A stretch of DNA of 64,000 nt, taken from an uncultured Acidimicrobiia bacterium (GTDB taxonomy: Bacteria > Acidobacteriota > Terriglobia > Versatilivoradales > Versatilivoraceae). The stretch's first letter is position 1; the number at the start of each line of letters is the position of its first letter. Where the stretch lies: assembly GCA_963786955.1 (NCBI GenBank), contig CAWBAT010000006.1:832001-896000 (forward strand), given 5' to 3'. Below the pieces are notes generated by a model. That model did not search any database. It was not told the origin of the DNA and saw only the letters and a list, made by a program, of their open reading frames with translations. Both the position numbers and the translations under genes were made by a program. Positions 1 to 9,740 of this stretch are shown here, piece after piece.

Positions 1-10
1 TTCCCATCCA

Positions 11-727
11 TCACGACATCGAAGCCAGGATTGGTTTCAAAACCTTCCAGACATTCTCTGCCACGATCTGATGACCCTCGGCTGTGGGATGAATCCCATC
101 CGGGAAATTGAGTTGGGGCTTCCCGCCAACCCCTTCCAGCAGAAATGGAATCAATTGGGCCTTATGCTTTTTGGTGAGTTCCGGGAAGATCGCTTGAAAT
201 TTGTTGGGGTAGTCCGTCCCCCAGTTTGGCGGGATAAGCATTCCAGATAAAACAATCTTGACCCCAGGATATCGCGTCTGGGCTCGGGTCATGATTTCAT
301 CGAGGTTTTTCTCGGTGGAATCCAACGCAATCCCTCGGAGTGCATCATTCCCTCCGAGCGCAAGAATCAGGACATCGATCTTGCGCTTCAGAAACCAATC
401 CAAGCGACGCAAACCACCGGCGGTCGTCTCTCCGCTCAAGCCAGCATTAATCACTTGAAATTTCCATCCGAGGTGATCAATTTTCTCTTGGAGTAAAGCC
501 GGGTAGGCTTGAGACTTATCCAGTCCGTATCCTGCCGTCAAGCTGTCCCCCAGGCAAAGGATCACCTTAGTTTCTCCTCGAATTGGTTTAGAGGGAGCGC
601 TTCGCTCAAGCCCTAGCGAATGATCAGCCCTCGGGCTCATGAAAGCGTTATTCGGGGAAACGGCCATGGTGTAAAGAACTGCGGCGAGGAGTGCGAAGCG
701 TTGGGTGCTTTTCAATTTTTTGTTCAT
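11..727 (-). CDS. tesA: Arylesterase / acyl-CoA thioesterase I (SGNH/GDSL hydrolase, TesA-like), exported
   Basis: GDSLTAGYG, NAGLSGETT, GGND and DGIHP SGNH blocks; hydrophobic N-terminus. Divergent from ybbA/ybbP-like genes as in E. coli. ATG at 727 preferred over TTG at 751. Confidence 0.88.
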   Translation of the reverse strand: MNKKLKSTQRFALLAAVLYTMAVSPNNAFMSPRADHSLGLERSAPSKPIRGETKVILCLGDSLTAGYGLDKSQAYPALLQEKIDHLGWKFQVINAGLSGETTAGGLRRLDWFLKRKIDVLILALGGNDALRGIALDSTEKNLDEIMTRAQTRYPGVKIVLSGMLIPPNWGTDYPNKFQAIFPELTKKHKAQLIPFLLEGVGGKPQLNFPDGIHPTAEGHQIVAENVWKVLKPILASMS

Positions 728-834
728 AGGAAAGATTTTATTTGAAATCAAGATCTATGCCACAATGTCGATGCTCTCGATAATAGCGTCACGGCGCATC
801 AACCCCAATCTCTGGTTAACGGGAACATCATAGC

Positions 835-1545
835 ATGGGCCAATCGAACCTCCTCAGCGTGCAAAATCTGACCAAGACATACCCGAGCGGCGAACGCACG
901 CTCACAGTTCTTAAAGACATCTCTTTCCATATCCCGAGTGGCTCAACCTGTGCCGTTGTCGGCCCTTCGGGGAGCGGGAAAACGACACTCTTAGGTCTGT
1001 GCGCCGGCCTGGATCGGCCAACCGCCGGATCTATTTTTCTCAACAGTATTGAACTCAATCCCTTAAGTGAAGATCGGTTGGCAGATGTTCGCAATCAATT
1101 TGTGGGTTTTGTCTTTCAAACGTTTCAGCTTATCCCAACCTTGACCGCTTTAGAGAATGTGATGGTTCCGGTGGAACTGCGAGGGGAGAATAAAGTCCGA
1201 CCTTTGGCGGTTGAGCTGTTGGATCAAGTCGGACTGGCAGACCGTCTCCACCACTACCCAACCCAGCTATCGGGAGGAGAACAACAGCGGGTCGCCCTCG
1301 CAAGGGCTTTTATCAACAAACCCAGGATACTCTTCGCCGATGAACCGACCGGGAATCTCGATGGTGAAACAAGTGAAAAAATTGTTCACCTGCTATTTGA
1401 GCTGAACCACGCCTTTGGTACGACCTTGATCGTGGTGACACACGATATTGAACTGGCTCAACGGACGGAACGAATCCTCCGCTTGAAGGGAGGCATGCTC
1501 GTCTCAGACGAGAGAAAGCAGACGGCAGAAGACAGTAAGCAGTAG
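835..1545 (+). CDS. ybbA: ABC transporter ATP-binding protein (YbbA/LolD-like)
   Basis: GPSGSGKT Walker [10 protein letters not shown] signature, [12 protein letters not shown] Walker B; context with tesA and ybbP. Confidence 0.88.
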   Translation: MGQSNLLSVQNLTKTYPSGERTLTVLKDISFHIPSGSTCAVVGPSGSGKTTLLGLCAGLDRPTAGSIFLNSIELNPLSEDRLADVRNQFVGFVFQTFQLIPTLTALENVMVPVELRGENKVRPLAVELLDQVGLADRLHHYPTQLSGGEQQRVALARAFINKPRILFADEPTGNLDGETSEKIVHLLFELNHAFGTTLIVVTHDIELAQRTERILRLKGGMLVSDERKQTAEDSKQ

Positions 1546-1678
1546 GCAGAAGGTAGATTGCAGGTTGCAGGAAGGGGGAGATAGTAAGCAAAAGAGACAA
1601 AGGGTTGTACCGGAATGCTGCAGCCTGCGAACTGCTTATTGCTTTCAGCTTGCTGCCTTCTGCCTCCTGCTTTCTGTC
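1516..1678. repeat. Inverted arrays of short GCAG(A/T)AG-like repeats forming a long imperfect hairpin
   Basis: AAGCAGACGGCAGAAGACAGTAAGCAGTAGGCAGAAGG is mirrored by CTGCTTATTGCTTTCAGCTTGCTGCCTTCTGCCTCCTGCTTTCTG. Confidence 0.6.
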
Positions 1679-1700
1679 ATATTAAAGAAGAGGGTAATTC

Positions 1701-4238
1701 ATGAAATTTCTGATCGAGCCCTGGCTCTGGAAGATGGCCTGGCGAGATAGCCGTTCGAGTCGCAAGCGTTTACTGATCTTCATGTCTTCAATCATTATGG
1801 GAATTGCGGCCCTGATGGCGATCAGCTCCTTTGGCGTCAATTTGCAGCTAGGGCTGGAGCGTCAAGCCAAAACCTTGCTTGGAGCCGATCTGGTCCTTCG
1901 TTCACGGCAGCCCTTATCGGACGAAGCGGAAAAGCTCATTCATACCATCGGGGGCGAGACTTCTCGGGAGATCAGTTTTTCTTCAATGGTGTTTTTCCCT
2001 AAGAATGATTCTACCCGTCTTGCTCAAATTCGCGCGACCGACGGGAAATTCCCATTCTATGGAGAACTCGAAACGTCACCCCGGCTAGCAGCCACTGGAT
2101 TCATGGACGAACCGGTAGCCCTGGTCGAAGATGGTCTTATGTTGCAGTACGATGTCCAGAACGGGGATACCATTAAAATTGGCGCTTTCGAATACAAAAT
2201 CGGAGGACGGCTTAAGAAAGTACCTGGTGAGACTGCAGCTGCTGGGCTGATCGGAGCCCGAGTGTATATCCCCATCGCGTACCTGAGCCAAACAAGGTTG
2301 TTTCAAAGGGGCAGCTCGGCTACCTACAAAGTCTATTTCAAGCTTCCGCCGCAGATCAGTGCTGAACAGATCGTCAAAAAATATGATTCGGAATTTCTCA
2401 AACTGCGCTTGGATCCCGAGACCGTTGAGGAACGAAAAGCCAATTTAGGCCGGTCACTAGAGAATTCCTATGACTTTCTGAACCTGGTCGGATTCATTTC
2501 CTTGCTGCTGGGAAGCATAGGAGTGGCGAGCGCCATTCATGTATACGTCAAACAAAAAATCGCTACGATTGCAGTAATGCGGTGTCTGGGAGCACGGGAG
2601 AGGCAAACTTTTGCCATCTACCTGATTCAAACCTTTTCCCTTGGACTGGTCGGCGCTTTTTGGGGAATCCTCCTCGGACTTGGCATCCAATATTTACTTC
2701 CCCACGTCCTGGGAGATTTTCTTCCCTTGAGCGTTCCTTTCCTCATCTCCTGGAAATCTCTGACCAAAGCAGTGGGAGTGGGACTGGGAGTTTCGATCCT
2801 CTTTTCCCTCCTTCCACTTCTGGCCATCCGAAAAGTGTCTCCTCTCCTCGCCATACGCGCCTCTTACGAGATTCAGCAGACTTTGAGAGATCCTTTCCGT
2901 TGGCTTCTCTATGGCTTGATCCTGGCCGGCATCGGAACATTCGCCGTAACACACACCCGCCGCTGGTTCCATGGGATCTGGTTCACCGTAGGCCTTTTGA
3001 TCGCACTGGGATTGCTTGCCGGTGTGGCGCGCTTGTTGATGTGGCTGACCAAACGATTCTTGCGAGGATCATTTCCCTATGTCTGGAGGCAAGGGCTCGC
3101 CAATCTCTATCGCCCGAATAACCAGACCTTAGTGCTCATGCTTTCACTGGGGCTCGGAACCTTCTTGATGTCTACCCTCTATTTGGTTCATTCCGTCCTG
3201 ATCCACCAAGCTGTCCTCATGGGGAGAGGTCATCAACCAAACTTAGTTCTGTTTGATATTCAACCGGACCAGAAAGAGTCCGTCGGCGACCTGGTTCGAT
3301 CGAACCAGCTGCCCATTCTCCAAGAAATGCCGGTTGTGACCATGCGACTGGCCTCGATTCGGGGAAGAGCAGTCTCGGAGATCTTAAAAGATCCCAAGAA
3401 TTCCATTCAAGAAACCTGGTTACAGCGCGAATACCGTTCCACTTATCGTGAGGGTCTCATGGAGACGGAGAAACTCGTGCTCGGGAAGTGGCAAGGACGC
3501 GTGAGTGCAGATACCGAACCGATTGTTGTCTCTTTGGAAGAAGGAATCGCTAAGCGATTAAAAGTGGGTATTGGGGATCAGTTGATATTTGATGTTCAGG
3601 GACTTCCATTGACAACCACTGTGGGAAGCCTGAGAAAAGTGGAATGGGAGAGGGTACAACCCAATTTCTTTGTTGTTTTCCCGGCCGGCGTTCTGGAAAG
3701 TGCTCCACAGTTCTTCGTTATGGTTCTGCGAGTGAATGACAATGCGGAATCGGCCCGCCTGCAACGAGCCGTAGTCCAGCAGTTTCCAAATGTCTCCGCG
3801 ATTGATCTCTCTTTGATCGTCACGATGATTGATGGTATTTTGAACAGAGTTTCATTTGTGATCCGCTTTATGGCACTCTTTAGCACTTTTACGGGTCTGC
3901 TGGTTTTAGCCGGAGCGGTGATTGCCGGGAAGTACCAGCGCATGAAGGAGAGCGTGTTGCTCCGAACGCTCGGTGCCAGCCGGGGTCAGATTCGGGATAT
4001 CCTCATGATTGAATACCTCTTTCTTGGAGGGTTCGCGGCTTTGACCGGAATGTTGCTGTCCTTGGTGGCCAGTTGGGCACTGGCTCATTTTGTCTTTGAA
4101 ACGGGATTTGCTCCGTCCTGGACTTTTGTCCTTGCGGGCCTACTGGTCGTGCCGTTGCTGGCCATTGGGATCGGAATGCTGAATAGTCGTGGGATAACGA
4201 ATCGTCCCCCCTTGGAGGTCCTGCGGGCTGAAGTATAG
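1701..4238 (+). CDS. ybbP: ABC transporter permease, FtsX/MacB-like duplicated architecture (YbbP-like)
   Basis: MAWRDSR N-terminus, two FtsX-like TM modules (IAVMRCLGA, LLRTLGAS), C-terminal PPLEVLRAE. Confidence 0.88.
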   Translation: MKFLIEPWLWKMAWRDSRSSRKRLLIFMSSIIMGIAALMAISSFGVNLQLGLERQAKTLLGADLVLRSRQPLSDEAEKLIHTIGGETSREISFSSMVFFPKNDSTRLAQIRATDGKFPFYGELETSPRLAATGFMDEPVALVEDGLMLQYDVQNGDTIKIGAFEYKIGGRLKKVPGETAAAGLIGARVYIPIAYLSQTRLFQRGSSATYKVYFKLPPQISAEQIVKKYDSEFLKLRLDPETVEERKANLGRSLENSYDFLNLVGFISLLLGSIGVASAIHVYVKQKIATIAVMRCLGARERQTFAIYLIQTFSLGLVGAFWGILLGLGIQYLLPHVLGDFLPLSVPFLISWKSLTKAVGVGLGVSILFSLLPLLAIRKVSPLLAIRASYEIQQTLRDPFRWLLYGLILAGIGTFAVTHTRRWFHGIWFTVGLLIALGLLAGVARLLMWLTKRFLRGSFPYVWRQGLANLYRPNNQTLVLMLSLGLGTFLMSTLYLVHSVLIHQAVLMGRGHQPNLVLFDIQPDQKESVGDLVRSNQLPILQEMPVVTMRLASIRGRAVSEILKDPKNSIQETWLQREYRSTYREGLMETEKLVLGKWQGRVSADTEPIVVSLEEGIAKRLKVGIGDQLIFDVQGLPLTTTVGSLRKVEWERVQPNFFVVFPAGVLESAPQFFVMVLRVNDNAESARLQRAVVQQFPNVSAIDLSLIVTMIDGILNRVSFVIRFMALFSTFTGLLVLAGAVIAGKYQRMKESVLLRTLGASRGQIRDILMIEYLFLGGFAALTGMLLSLVASWALAHFVFETGFAPSWTFVLAGLLVVPLLAIGIGMLNSRGITNRPPLEVLRAEV

Positions 4239-4308
4239 CAATCGTCGCGGCGCTTGGCCCGGAGACAGAACTTGGAGTGAATCTAGAGTGATCCATTTGA
4301 GGGGCTCT

Positions 4309-5094
4309 ATGAAAATTCCCATCTACCAAATCGATGCATTCACAAGCACAGTATTCAAAGGCAATCCTGCGGCAGTTTGTCCCCTGGCAAGCTGGTTGGA
4401 AGATCGAGTACTGCAGGCTATCGCTTTGGAGAACAATCTTTCTGAGACCGCATTCCTCGTGGACCAAGGCGACCACTATCAGATCCGCTGGTTTACACCA
4501 GAAGTGGAAGTCGACCTCTGCGGCCATGCGACGCTGGCCGCAGCCTATGTCGTTTTCCACTTCATCAAACCGGAAACCACTTCGGTGCGATTTTTGTCGA
4601 AAAGTGGCCCCTTGAATGTCACCGAACGGGAACAACTGGTCTGCCTGGATTTTCCAGTCATGGAAGCCTCTCCCTGCCCTCCCTCGGATACATTGTTACG
4701 AGCCCTAGGAAAGAATCCACAAGAAGTCCTGGCCGCTCGCGATTACCTTGTTGTCTATGAAAATGAGGGCGCCATCCGAAATATTCAACCCGACTTTGCT
4801 CTGCTCAAACAACTCGACCGTATGGGTGTGATTATCACTTCGCCGGGAGTGACGGCTGACTTCGTTTCGCGCTTCTTTGCTCCGAAGGCCGGAATCCCTG
4901 AAGACCCTGTTACCGGTTCAGCCCATTGCACGCTGACTCCTTATTGGGCAAAGCGGCTCCACAAAAACTCTCTTGTGGCTCGCCAGGTCTCGGCTCGAGG
5001 AGGGGAACTCTTCTGTGAGTACCTGGGTCAAAGAGTGATCATCGCAGGACAGGCTGTTTGCTATCTGGAAGGCTGTATTCACATCGAGCATTAG
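4309..5094 (+). CDS. PhzF family epimerase/isomerase
   Basis: QIDAFT...GNPAAV, NLSETAF, EVDLCGHATLA, EDPVTGSAH motifs. Confidence 0.92.
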   Translation: MKIPIYQIDAFTSTVFKGNPAAVCPLASWLEDRVLQAIALENNLSETAFLVDQGDHYQIRWFTPEVEVDLCGHATLAAAYVVFHFIKPETTSVRFLSKSGPLNVTEREQLVCLDFPVMEASPCPPSDTLLRALGKNPQEVLAARDYLVVYENEGAIRNIQPDFALLKQLDRMGVIITSPGVTADFVSRFFAPKAGIPEDPVTGSAHCTLTPYWAKRLHKNSLVARQVSARGGELFCEYLGQRVIIAGQAVCYLEGCIHIEH

Positions 5095-5148
5095 TACTGC
5101 TTTTCATCGATATCGTGACGTTGACGCCGGGTCGGGGACCCGGTCTAG
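5095..5148. mobile_element. Truncated end of the TACTGC-terminated MITE-like element
   Basis: Closely matches the reverse complement of the right end of 37597-37721; starts directly after the PhzF TAG stop. Confidence 0.6.
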
Positions 5149-5473
5149 AGATTGGATATTTCTCCTGCCCTGAAAGGGCAAGATAAAATAGCCCAGGCAG
5201 AGTGGAGGGCGCAGCCCGGAGCGGCACCCTGGGTGACGGGCCACCCACGAAAGGGCACCCTGAAGAGGTGCAACAAACCTCTCGTCCGGATTGTCGCATC
5301 GTTTCAAGGCGCCAATGATTCATTGGGATCGCAACCCAGGGCGGCGCTGCGGGGCCTTGCCCCTGCGCTCTGCCCTGGGCTAGATTATGTCGGCCCTTCA
5401 GGCCGCTGGATGTTTGAAGGACTGCGGATGGACCGATTCATTGACCTATTTTCAAATGACGAAACGAAACGAT
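5148..5473. repeat. Dispersed ~325-bp palindromic repeat (CCCTGAAAGGG/AGCCCAGG-type REP-like units), copy 1, right end missing
   Basis: Co-linear near-identity with about 59050-59370; begins GAGATTGGATATT. Confidence 0.85.
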
Positions 5474-5650
5474 AGTGCCGCTTGGCATCAGCATTCCTAC
5501 GCAACAGGCTCGCTGGGCCAGGTTTTTTCAGGAAAGCTCTGCCAACAATGGGAGAGGCGCTCCAACTCCATGCAGGGGTAAGAATGGCGATATGCCGGAA
5601 GAACCCATAGGGGAGAAAGACCGGGCGGGATCAAGGGGAAAGAAACGGAC

Positions 5651-5821
5651 CTACTCTTCAATCTTTGCCTCATCCACCAACATGACCGGGATATCGTCTT
5701 TGATGGGGTAGACACGCTTGCACTTAACACACTTGAGCCCCAGTTGACCTGGAGTCAACTCGAGGGTCTCCTTGCACAGAGGGCAAACTAAAATTTCCAA
5801 CAAATCTTGACTGATCGGCAT
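5651..5821 (-). CDS. Trm112/YcaR family protein (56 aa; not in the ORF track)
   Basis: Manual translation MPISQDLLEILVCPLCKETLELTPGQLGLKCVKCKRVYPIKDDIPVMLVDEAKIEE; GGAGGTG RBS upstream. Confidence 0.92.
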   Translation of the reverse strand: MPISQDLLEILVCPLCKETLELTPGQLGLKCVKCKRVYPIKDDIPVMLVDEAKIEE

Positions 5822-5917
5822 TTTTCACCTCCAAGAAATTGGTTCTATGAGGGCTTCAGACAAACCGTTGAGATTCAATTCCCGAGAATCTTACTCAAGA
5901 CCATTGATTGGTCATCG

Positions 5918-5961
5918 GTAGGGGCGAAGCATCCGTCAGTTGACGGATGCTTCGCCCCTAC
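5918..5961. repeat. GTAG-type REP palindrome GTAGGGGCGAAGCAT...ATGCTTCGCCCCTAC
   Basis: Perfect inverted repeat; same arms at 28191-28260 and 33693-33762. Confidence 0.85.
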
Positions 5962-6058
5962 GCCATCGCAAGGGTGACACGAAGCCTGGAGGGGAAAGAC
6001 TTGAGAACCCGATGGCAGGTTGACACGAGACACAACCTATCTTAAAAAACGGATCATT

Positions 6059-7411
6059 TCATTTATTTTCCTGTTTCTCAATAATCTCATCGACCTTAAA
6101 GTTCAGACCTTCAAGAATTTTTTTCTCAATCTTATAAACGGTAGTCCCTCCCTTGACCATCCCATAGACGCGGTCATTGTCAATTTTCCCCAGGAGTACT
6201 TCGATGGATTTATTATTCTTATCGGTAATGATGATTTGCGCAGAGGGAGAATCAAAGCCATATTGGGCGTCTTTGAGATTAACGTTGTCGATGAGTTCCT
6301 TGCCTTCCAGGTCCTCAATCGGCCAGAAGATTTTAAAGTCCTGCAAATTCTTCTGCTGATTTCCTTCAGGTTTGATCAACCTCCACTTGTCATCGCTACC
6401 GCGAGCAAAGGAAAAGAACTTATCCCCGATTTTGATATCGATTTGATTGAGATTTGAACGATCGATTCGAACTAGTTTCTTATCTCTGACTTTCTGGGGG
6501 TCAACATCTAGCTTCTTAATGAGATCTTCCTTGAGCTTGAACACGACATCTCTGGAATCATCTTTGGCATAATAGCTGTTGTCGATTTTATCGCCAATGA
6601 GAAGGGTCTTTCGGGTTTTATTGTCTCCCAGAAAAAGATCGACTCGCGCTTGAGGTTTATCCAGCCCGTACTTTTTGAGTGCATCCAGTGGAGGATTGAC
6701 GAAATCTTCAACTTTGGCAAATTCGAGGTCGCTGACAATCGAATTGATCTCGCTGTTATCGCCTCGTCCCTCGAACGGCTTCTTAATAAGCCAGTCATCG
6801 CCGTTCTTTTCAAAATCAAATACTTTATCTTTGTTCGCAATGTTCAGCGTTTTCAGCTGATCTCTCTGGAACTCCAAGACGCTCTTGTCCCTGAACTCAA
6901 GCGTTTTCTTGGTCGCGTCTGCTTGCAGCGATGTCGAGGAAAGTACCAGAACTTTGTTCTGCCCGGGGACTCTGGCAAAAACCAAACTGGAACTGAAGTC
7001 TTTTTCACCCAGTTCGAGTTCGTGCGTTTTCCCGCCGTTCAACTTCACCGTTAACTGGATCGCCGCCGGTTCCAGCCCGAAGTTTTTCCAATTAGTATTC
7101 GGGTCTTCAATCGTTCGGTCGACTTTCACATTGACAATATCCCCGGCAAGACTGTCACAAGTGGATTTGTCCGCCTTGGCCTCCACCGGTTTCAGCATTT
7201 TCCAGCCGTCCTTGTCTTTCTGCAAACTCAACACACCTTCTGGATTCTTCAAGTCGATTTGAGCAATGTCCTTTTCTTCAAACTGGAAAAGCTTTTTGGC
7301 CTTCTCTTCGGCCTCCTCTCGTTTCTTTTCCCCTTTGATCTCGTAAAAATAGACGTAAGCCGCCAATAAAGCGAAGACAACAGCGAGGACACCTAGATTT
7401 TTCCACTTCAT
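6059..7411 (-). CDS. DUF4340 domain protein, N-terminal membrane anchor and three internal repeats
   Basis: Three repeats with W.m.kP and (F/Y)GL..P motifs (FGLEPA, YGLDKP, YGFDSP); follows the GldG-like gene. Confidence 0.8.
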   Translation of the reverse strand: MKWKNLGVLAVVFALLAAYVYFYEIKGEKKREEAEEKAKKLFQFEEKDIAQIDLKNPEGVLSLQKDKDGWKMLKPVEAKADKSTCDSLAGDIVNVKVDRTIEDPNTNWKNFGLEPAAIQLTVKLNGGKTHELELGEKDFSSSLVFARVPGQNKVLVLSSTSLQADATKKTLEFRDKSVLEFQRDQLKTLNIANKDKVFDFEKNGDDWLIKKPFEGRGDNSEINSIVSDLEFAKVEDFVNPPLDALKKYGLDKPQARVDLFLGDNKTRKTLLIGDKIDNSYYAKDDSRDVVFKLKEDLIKKLDVDPQKVRDKKLVRIDRSNLNQIDIKIGDKFFSFARGSDDKWRLIKPEGNQQKNLQDFKIFWPIEDLEGKELIDNVNLKDAQYGFDSPSAQIIITDKNNKSIEVLLGKIDNDRVYGMVKGGTTVYKIEKKILEGLNFKVDEIIEKQENK

Positions 7412-7414
7412 CGC

Positions 7415-8947
7415 CTATCTTCTCCTTCTCCAGACCCAAATTCCGCTAAACAAGGCGCTTGCTGGAAGGAGAACAACGGCCAACCAGAAAAGGATCGTGC
7501 CACCCGCGCGGGTCAACACAATGGCACGATTTTCCTGGTTTTTCGGACGAATCGAAATTAGATCTTCGTCTTCAGCTAACCAGCTAATGGTATTTAAGAA
7601 GAGATCCCCATTCCGCTGGTGATTGAAATACTGGTTGCTGGCGAAATCAGAATCGCCGATGACCACCGTGCGTGCTTCTTTGCCGTACTTCTTGGTCTTC
7701 TCGTCTCCGCTGATCGTTTCGGTACTCACTGCCGCGAGCGCCACAGGGCCTTTAATGTCTTTCCCTTCGTTGAATTCAGCCGAGCCATTCTTCAGATTGG
7801 TTTCGCCCCAGCTACTCTCAGAGGTTTTCAGGAGAATGCTCGACTTAAATTGAGAGTTGGGATTATCGACAAGCCTGACCGAGCGCGCCAGTGGGAAGAA
7901 CGTCATGGAGCGGGAGAGGTCTTTGGTGATGGGATGGGTTTCATATTTCGTGACCAGCGGAGCTGCGGGACCCATCCCGAAAAGTTGCCCGAGCCCGCTT
8001 GCGTCTACAACAATGTCATCCTCTAACCCGATTTTCCACTTCTTGAGCTCATCACCCATCCCCGGGTTGACATCAGGATCGACCATCAAGAGAATTTTGC
8101 CTCCAGCATCGACATATTGAGCAATGACCGCAGTCTCCGTGGGCAATAGCCCAACCTTAGGCCCGGCAATGATTAGAACCGAGCAATCATCAGGCAAGCT
8201 GGGTTTTTCTGCCAGATTCAAGGTCTTCACCTCGTAATTCTGAGCCTCGATGGCCTTCTTGGCTACGGCAAATCCCTTCGCATCCTGGCTGTCGTTGATG
8301 TCTCCTTCATTATGTCCGCTCAAAAAGTAGACGACTTTATTTTTCTCTCGCGTCACTTTCAAAATGGCATTGGTAATGGCCTCTTCCTGGATGTTCTCCA
8401 CTTTTTCATTCTTCTGCCCGTACACCACGATCGTCTCTTTCGGTCGGCTGACGCCGTATTGCTTGGCTTGGCCAGGCTCTTTCCAAGGATCGATGGTCCT
8501 AAATTCGATTTTGCTGGGATCCGCACTTTTGTACTCTGCCATCAGATCATTCAGCTGTCCGTTAGGCTCTTTGTCAAAGTACAGGATCTTGACTTCCCCT
8601 TTAAGGCCTTTCACGACCTTGTTCGACTGATCCGAGAGGCTTAAGACCTGACCCGTGGTGAGGTCAAACCGCTTATGATGCTTCTTCCCCAGGTAATTCA
8701 CGATTCCAAGGATGCCCAGCACCAGAAGAAGCACTACCACCGTATTGGATCCAAACTGAGTAGAACGCAGCTTGAAAGACTCCAGGATCCGATGAATGTT
8801 AAAAAATACCATGAGCAAGGTCAGGGCAAGGCCCGTATAGAAAATGATCTGAACCGGCAGATTCCAGATATTCTGGACAGAATAATAGAGATATCCACCA
8901 ATGATGAGAGCCGGTCCGAATGAAGCGATGTTCTTAAGAAATTTCAT
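7415..8947 (-). CDS. GldG-like ABC transporter auxiliary component (IFT52-like periplasmic domain)
   Basis: RFDLT...SLSDQS, YFLSGHNE, LIIAGP, VIGDSDF, NGDLFLNTISWL, C-terminal TM ending WRRRR. Confidence 0.85.
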   Translation of the reverse strand: MKFLKNIASFGPALIIGGYLYYSVQNIWNLPVQIIFYTGLALTLLMVFFNIHRILESFKLRSTQFGSNTVVVLLLVLGILGIVNYLGKKHHKRFDLTTGQVLSLSDQSNKVVKGLKGEVKILYFDKEPNGQLNDLMAEYKSADPSKIEFRTIDPWKEPGQAKQYGVSRPKETIVVYGQKNEKVENIQEEAITNAILKVTREKNKVVYFLSGHNEGDINDSQDAKGFAVAKKAIEAQNYEVKTLNLAEKPSLPDDCSVLIIAGPKVGLLPTETAVIAQYVDAGGKILLMVDPDVNPGMGDELKKWKIGLEDDIVVDASGLGQLFGMGPAAPLVTKYETHPITKDLSRSMTFFPLARSVRLVDNPNSQFKSSILLKTSESSWGETNLKNGSAEFNEGKDIKGPVALAAVSTETISGDEKTKKYGKEARTVVIGDSDFASNQYFNHQRNGDLFLNTISWLAEDEDLISIRPKNQENRAIVLTRAGGTILFWLAVVLLPASALFSGIWVWRRRR

Positions 8948-8951
8948 GGAA

Positions 8952-9740
8952 CTACTGCCTCCATCTCAGCGATTCGATTGAGCGGTGAGTCAGAAAAAGC
9001 CCTAGGAAAATAAAACTGCCATAAACAATCACACTGGAGGAATCAATGACCCCTTTGGAGAAGTCTTCGAAGTGGTTGAGTATCGAAAGATAGCTGATCA
9101 CTTCCTGCAGGACAGGTCCACCCGATCGACTGACCAATTCAATAACCCAAAGCAGCAAGAATGTACCGAAGGTGATACTCGCTGCCACAATCTGATTTTC
9201 TGTCAGCGTGGAAATAAAAATGCCGAGCGAGATCAGAGCCCCCCCCAATAATAGAAGGCCCAAATAGCCTGAAAACATCGGTCCAAGGCTCATCCTCGGA
9301 GATGTATAGAAATAGACGAAGGCGTGGTACAAAAGAGTCGGGAGTAACATGACAATAAAGAAGGAGAGCGCGGCGAGAAATTTCCCGAGAACCACCTGCA
9401 GATTGGTTATGGGTGAAGTCAACAAGAGTTCGATCGTGCCGCGACGTTTCTCCTCGGCGAAGGTGGCCATGGTGATCATCGGAAGCATAAACAGGATCAC
9501 GGTACTGAGAATTCCAAAGAAATGACGATCCACCATGGCGGGGACATCCATGGGGGGTGGAGGGGCGCCGAATTGCTGGGATTGCATCATCATCATCATG
9601 GATCGTTCAATTGAAAAGCTGACAATCCGTTCAAAGAAGAAACCCGAGATGATTAAGAACACCGTCAAGACGACATAGGCAACCGGAGAAACAAAATAAG
9701 TTCGCAATTCCTTTTGCATGATGGCCAGGATGTTTGTCAT
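8952..9740 (-). CDS. ABC-2 permease, GldF-like
   Basis: KELRTYFVSPVAYVV, EEKRRGTIELLLTSP, VLGKFLA, STLTENQIVA. Confidence 0.88.
   Translation of the reverse strand: MTNILAIMQKELRTYFVSPVAYVVLTVFLIISGFFFERIVSFSIERSMMMMMQSQQFGAPPPPMDVPAMVDRHFFGILSTVILFMLPMITMATFAEEKRRGTIELLLTSPITNLQVVLGKFLAALSFFIVMLLPTLLYHAFVYFYTSPRMSLGPMFSGYLGLLLLGGALISLGIFISTLTENQIVAASITFGTFLLLWVIELVSRSGGPVLQEVISYLSILNHFEDFSKGVIDSSSVIVYGSFIFLGLFLTHRSIESLRWRQ

Noticed and set aside
5152-5475. 107-aa ORF, and the similar ORF at 59284-59517
   Set aside because: Both lie in or overlap the non-coding palindromic repeat, and the reading frame is not preserved between the two copies.
5918-5961. Possible CRISPR repeat
   Set aside because: Copies are dispersed hairpins kilobases apart, with no regular spacers and no cas genes.
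9586-9600. (CAT)5 microsatellite as a phase-variation tract
   Set aside because: It is an in-frame triplet repeat encoding poly-Met, so slippage would not switch the gene.
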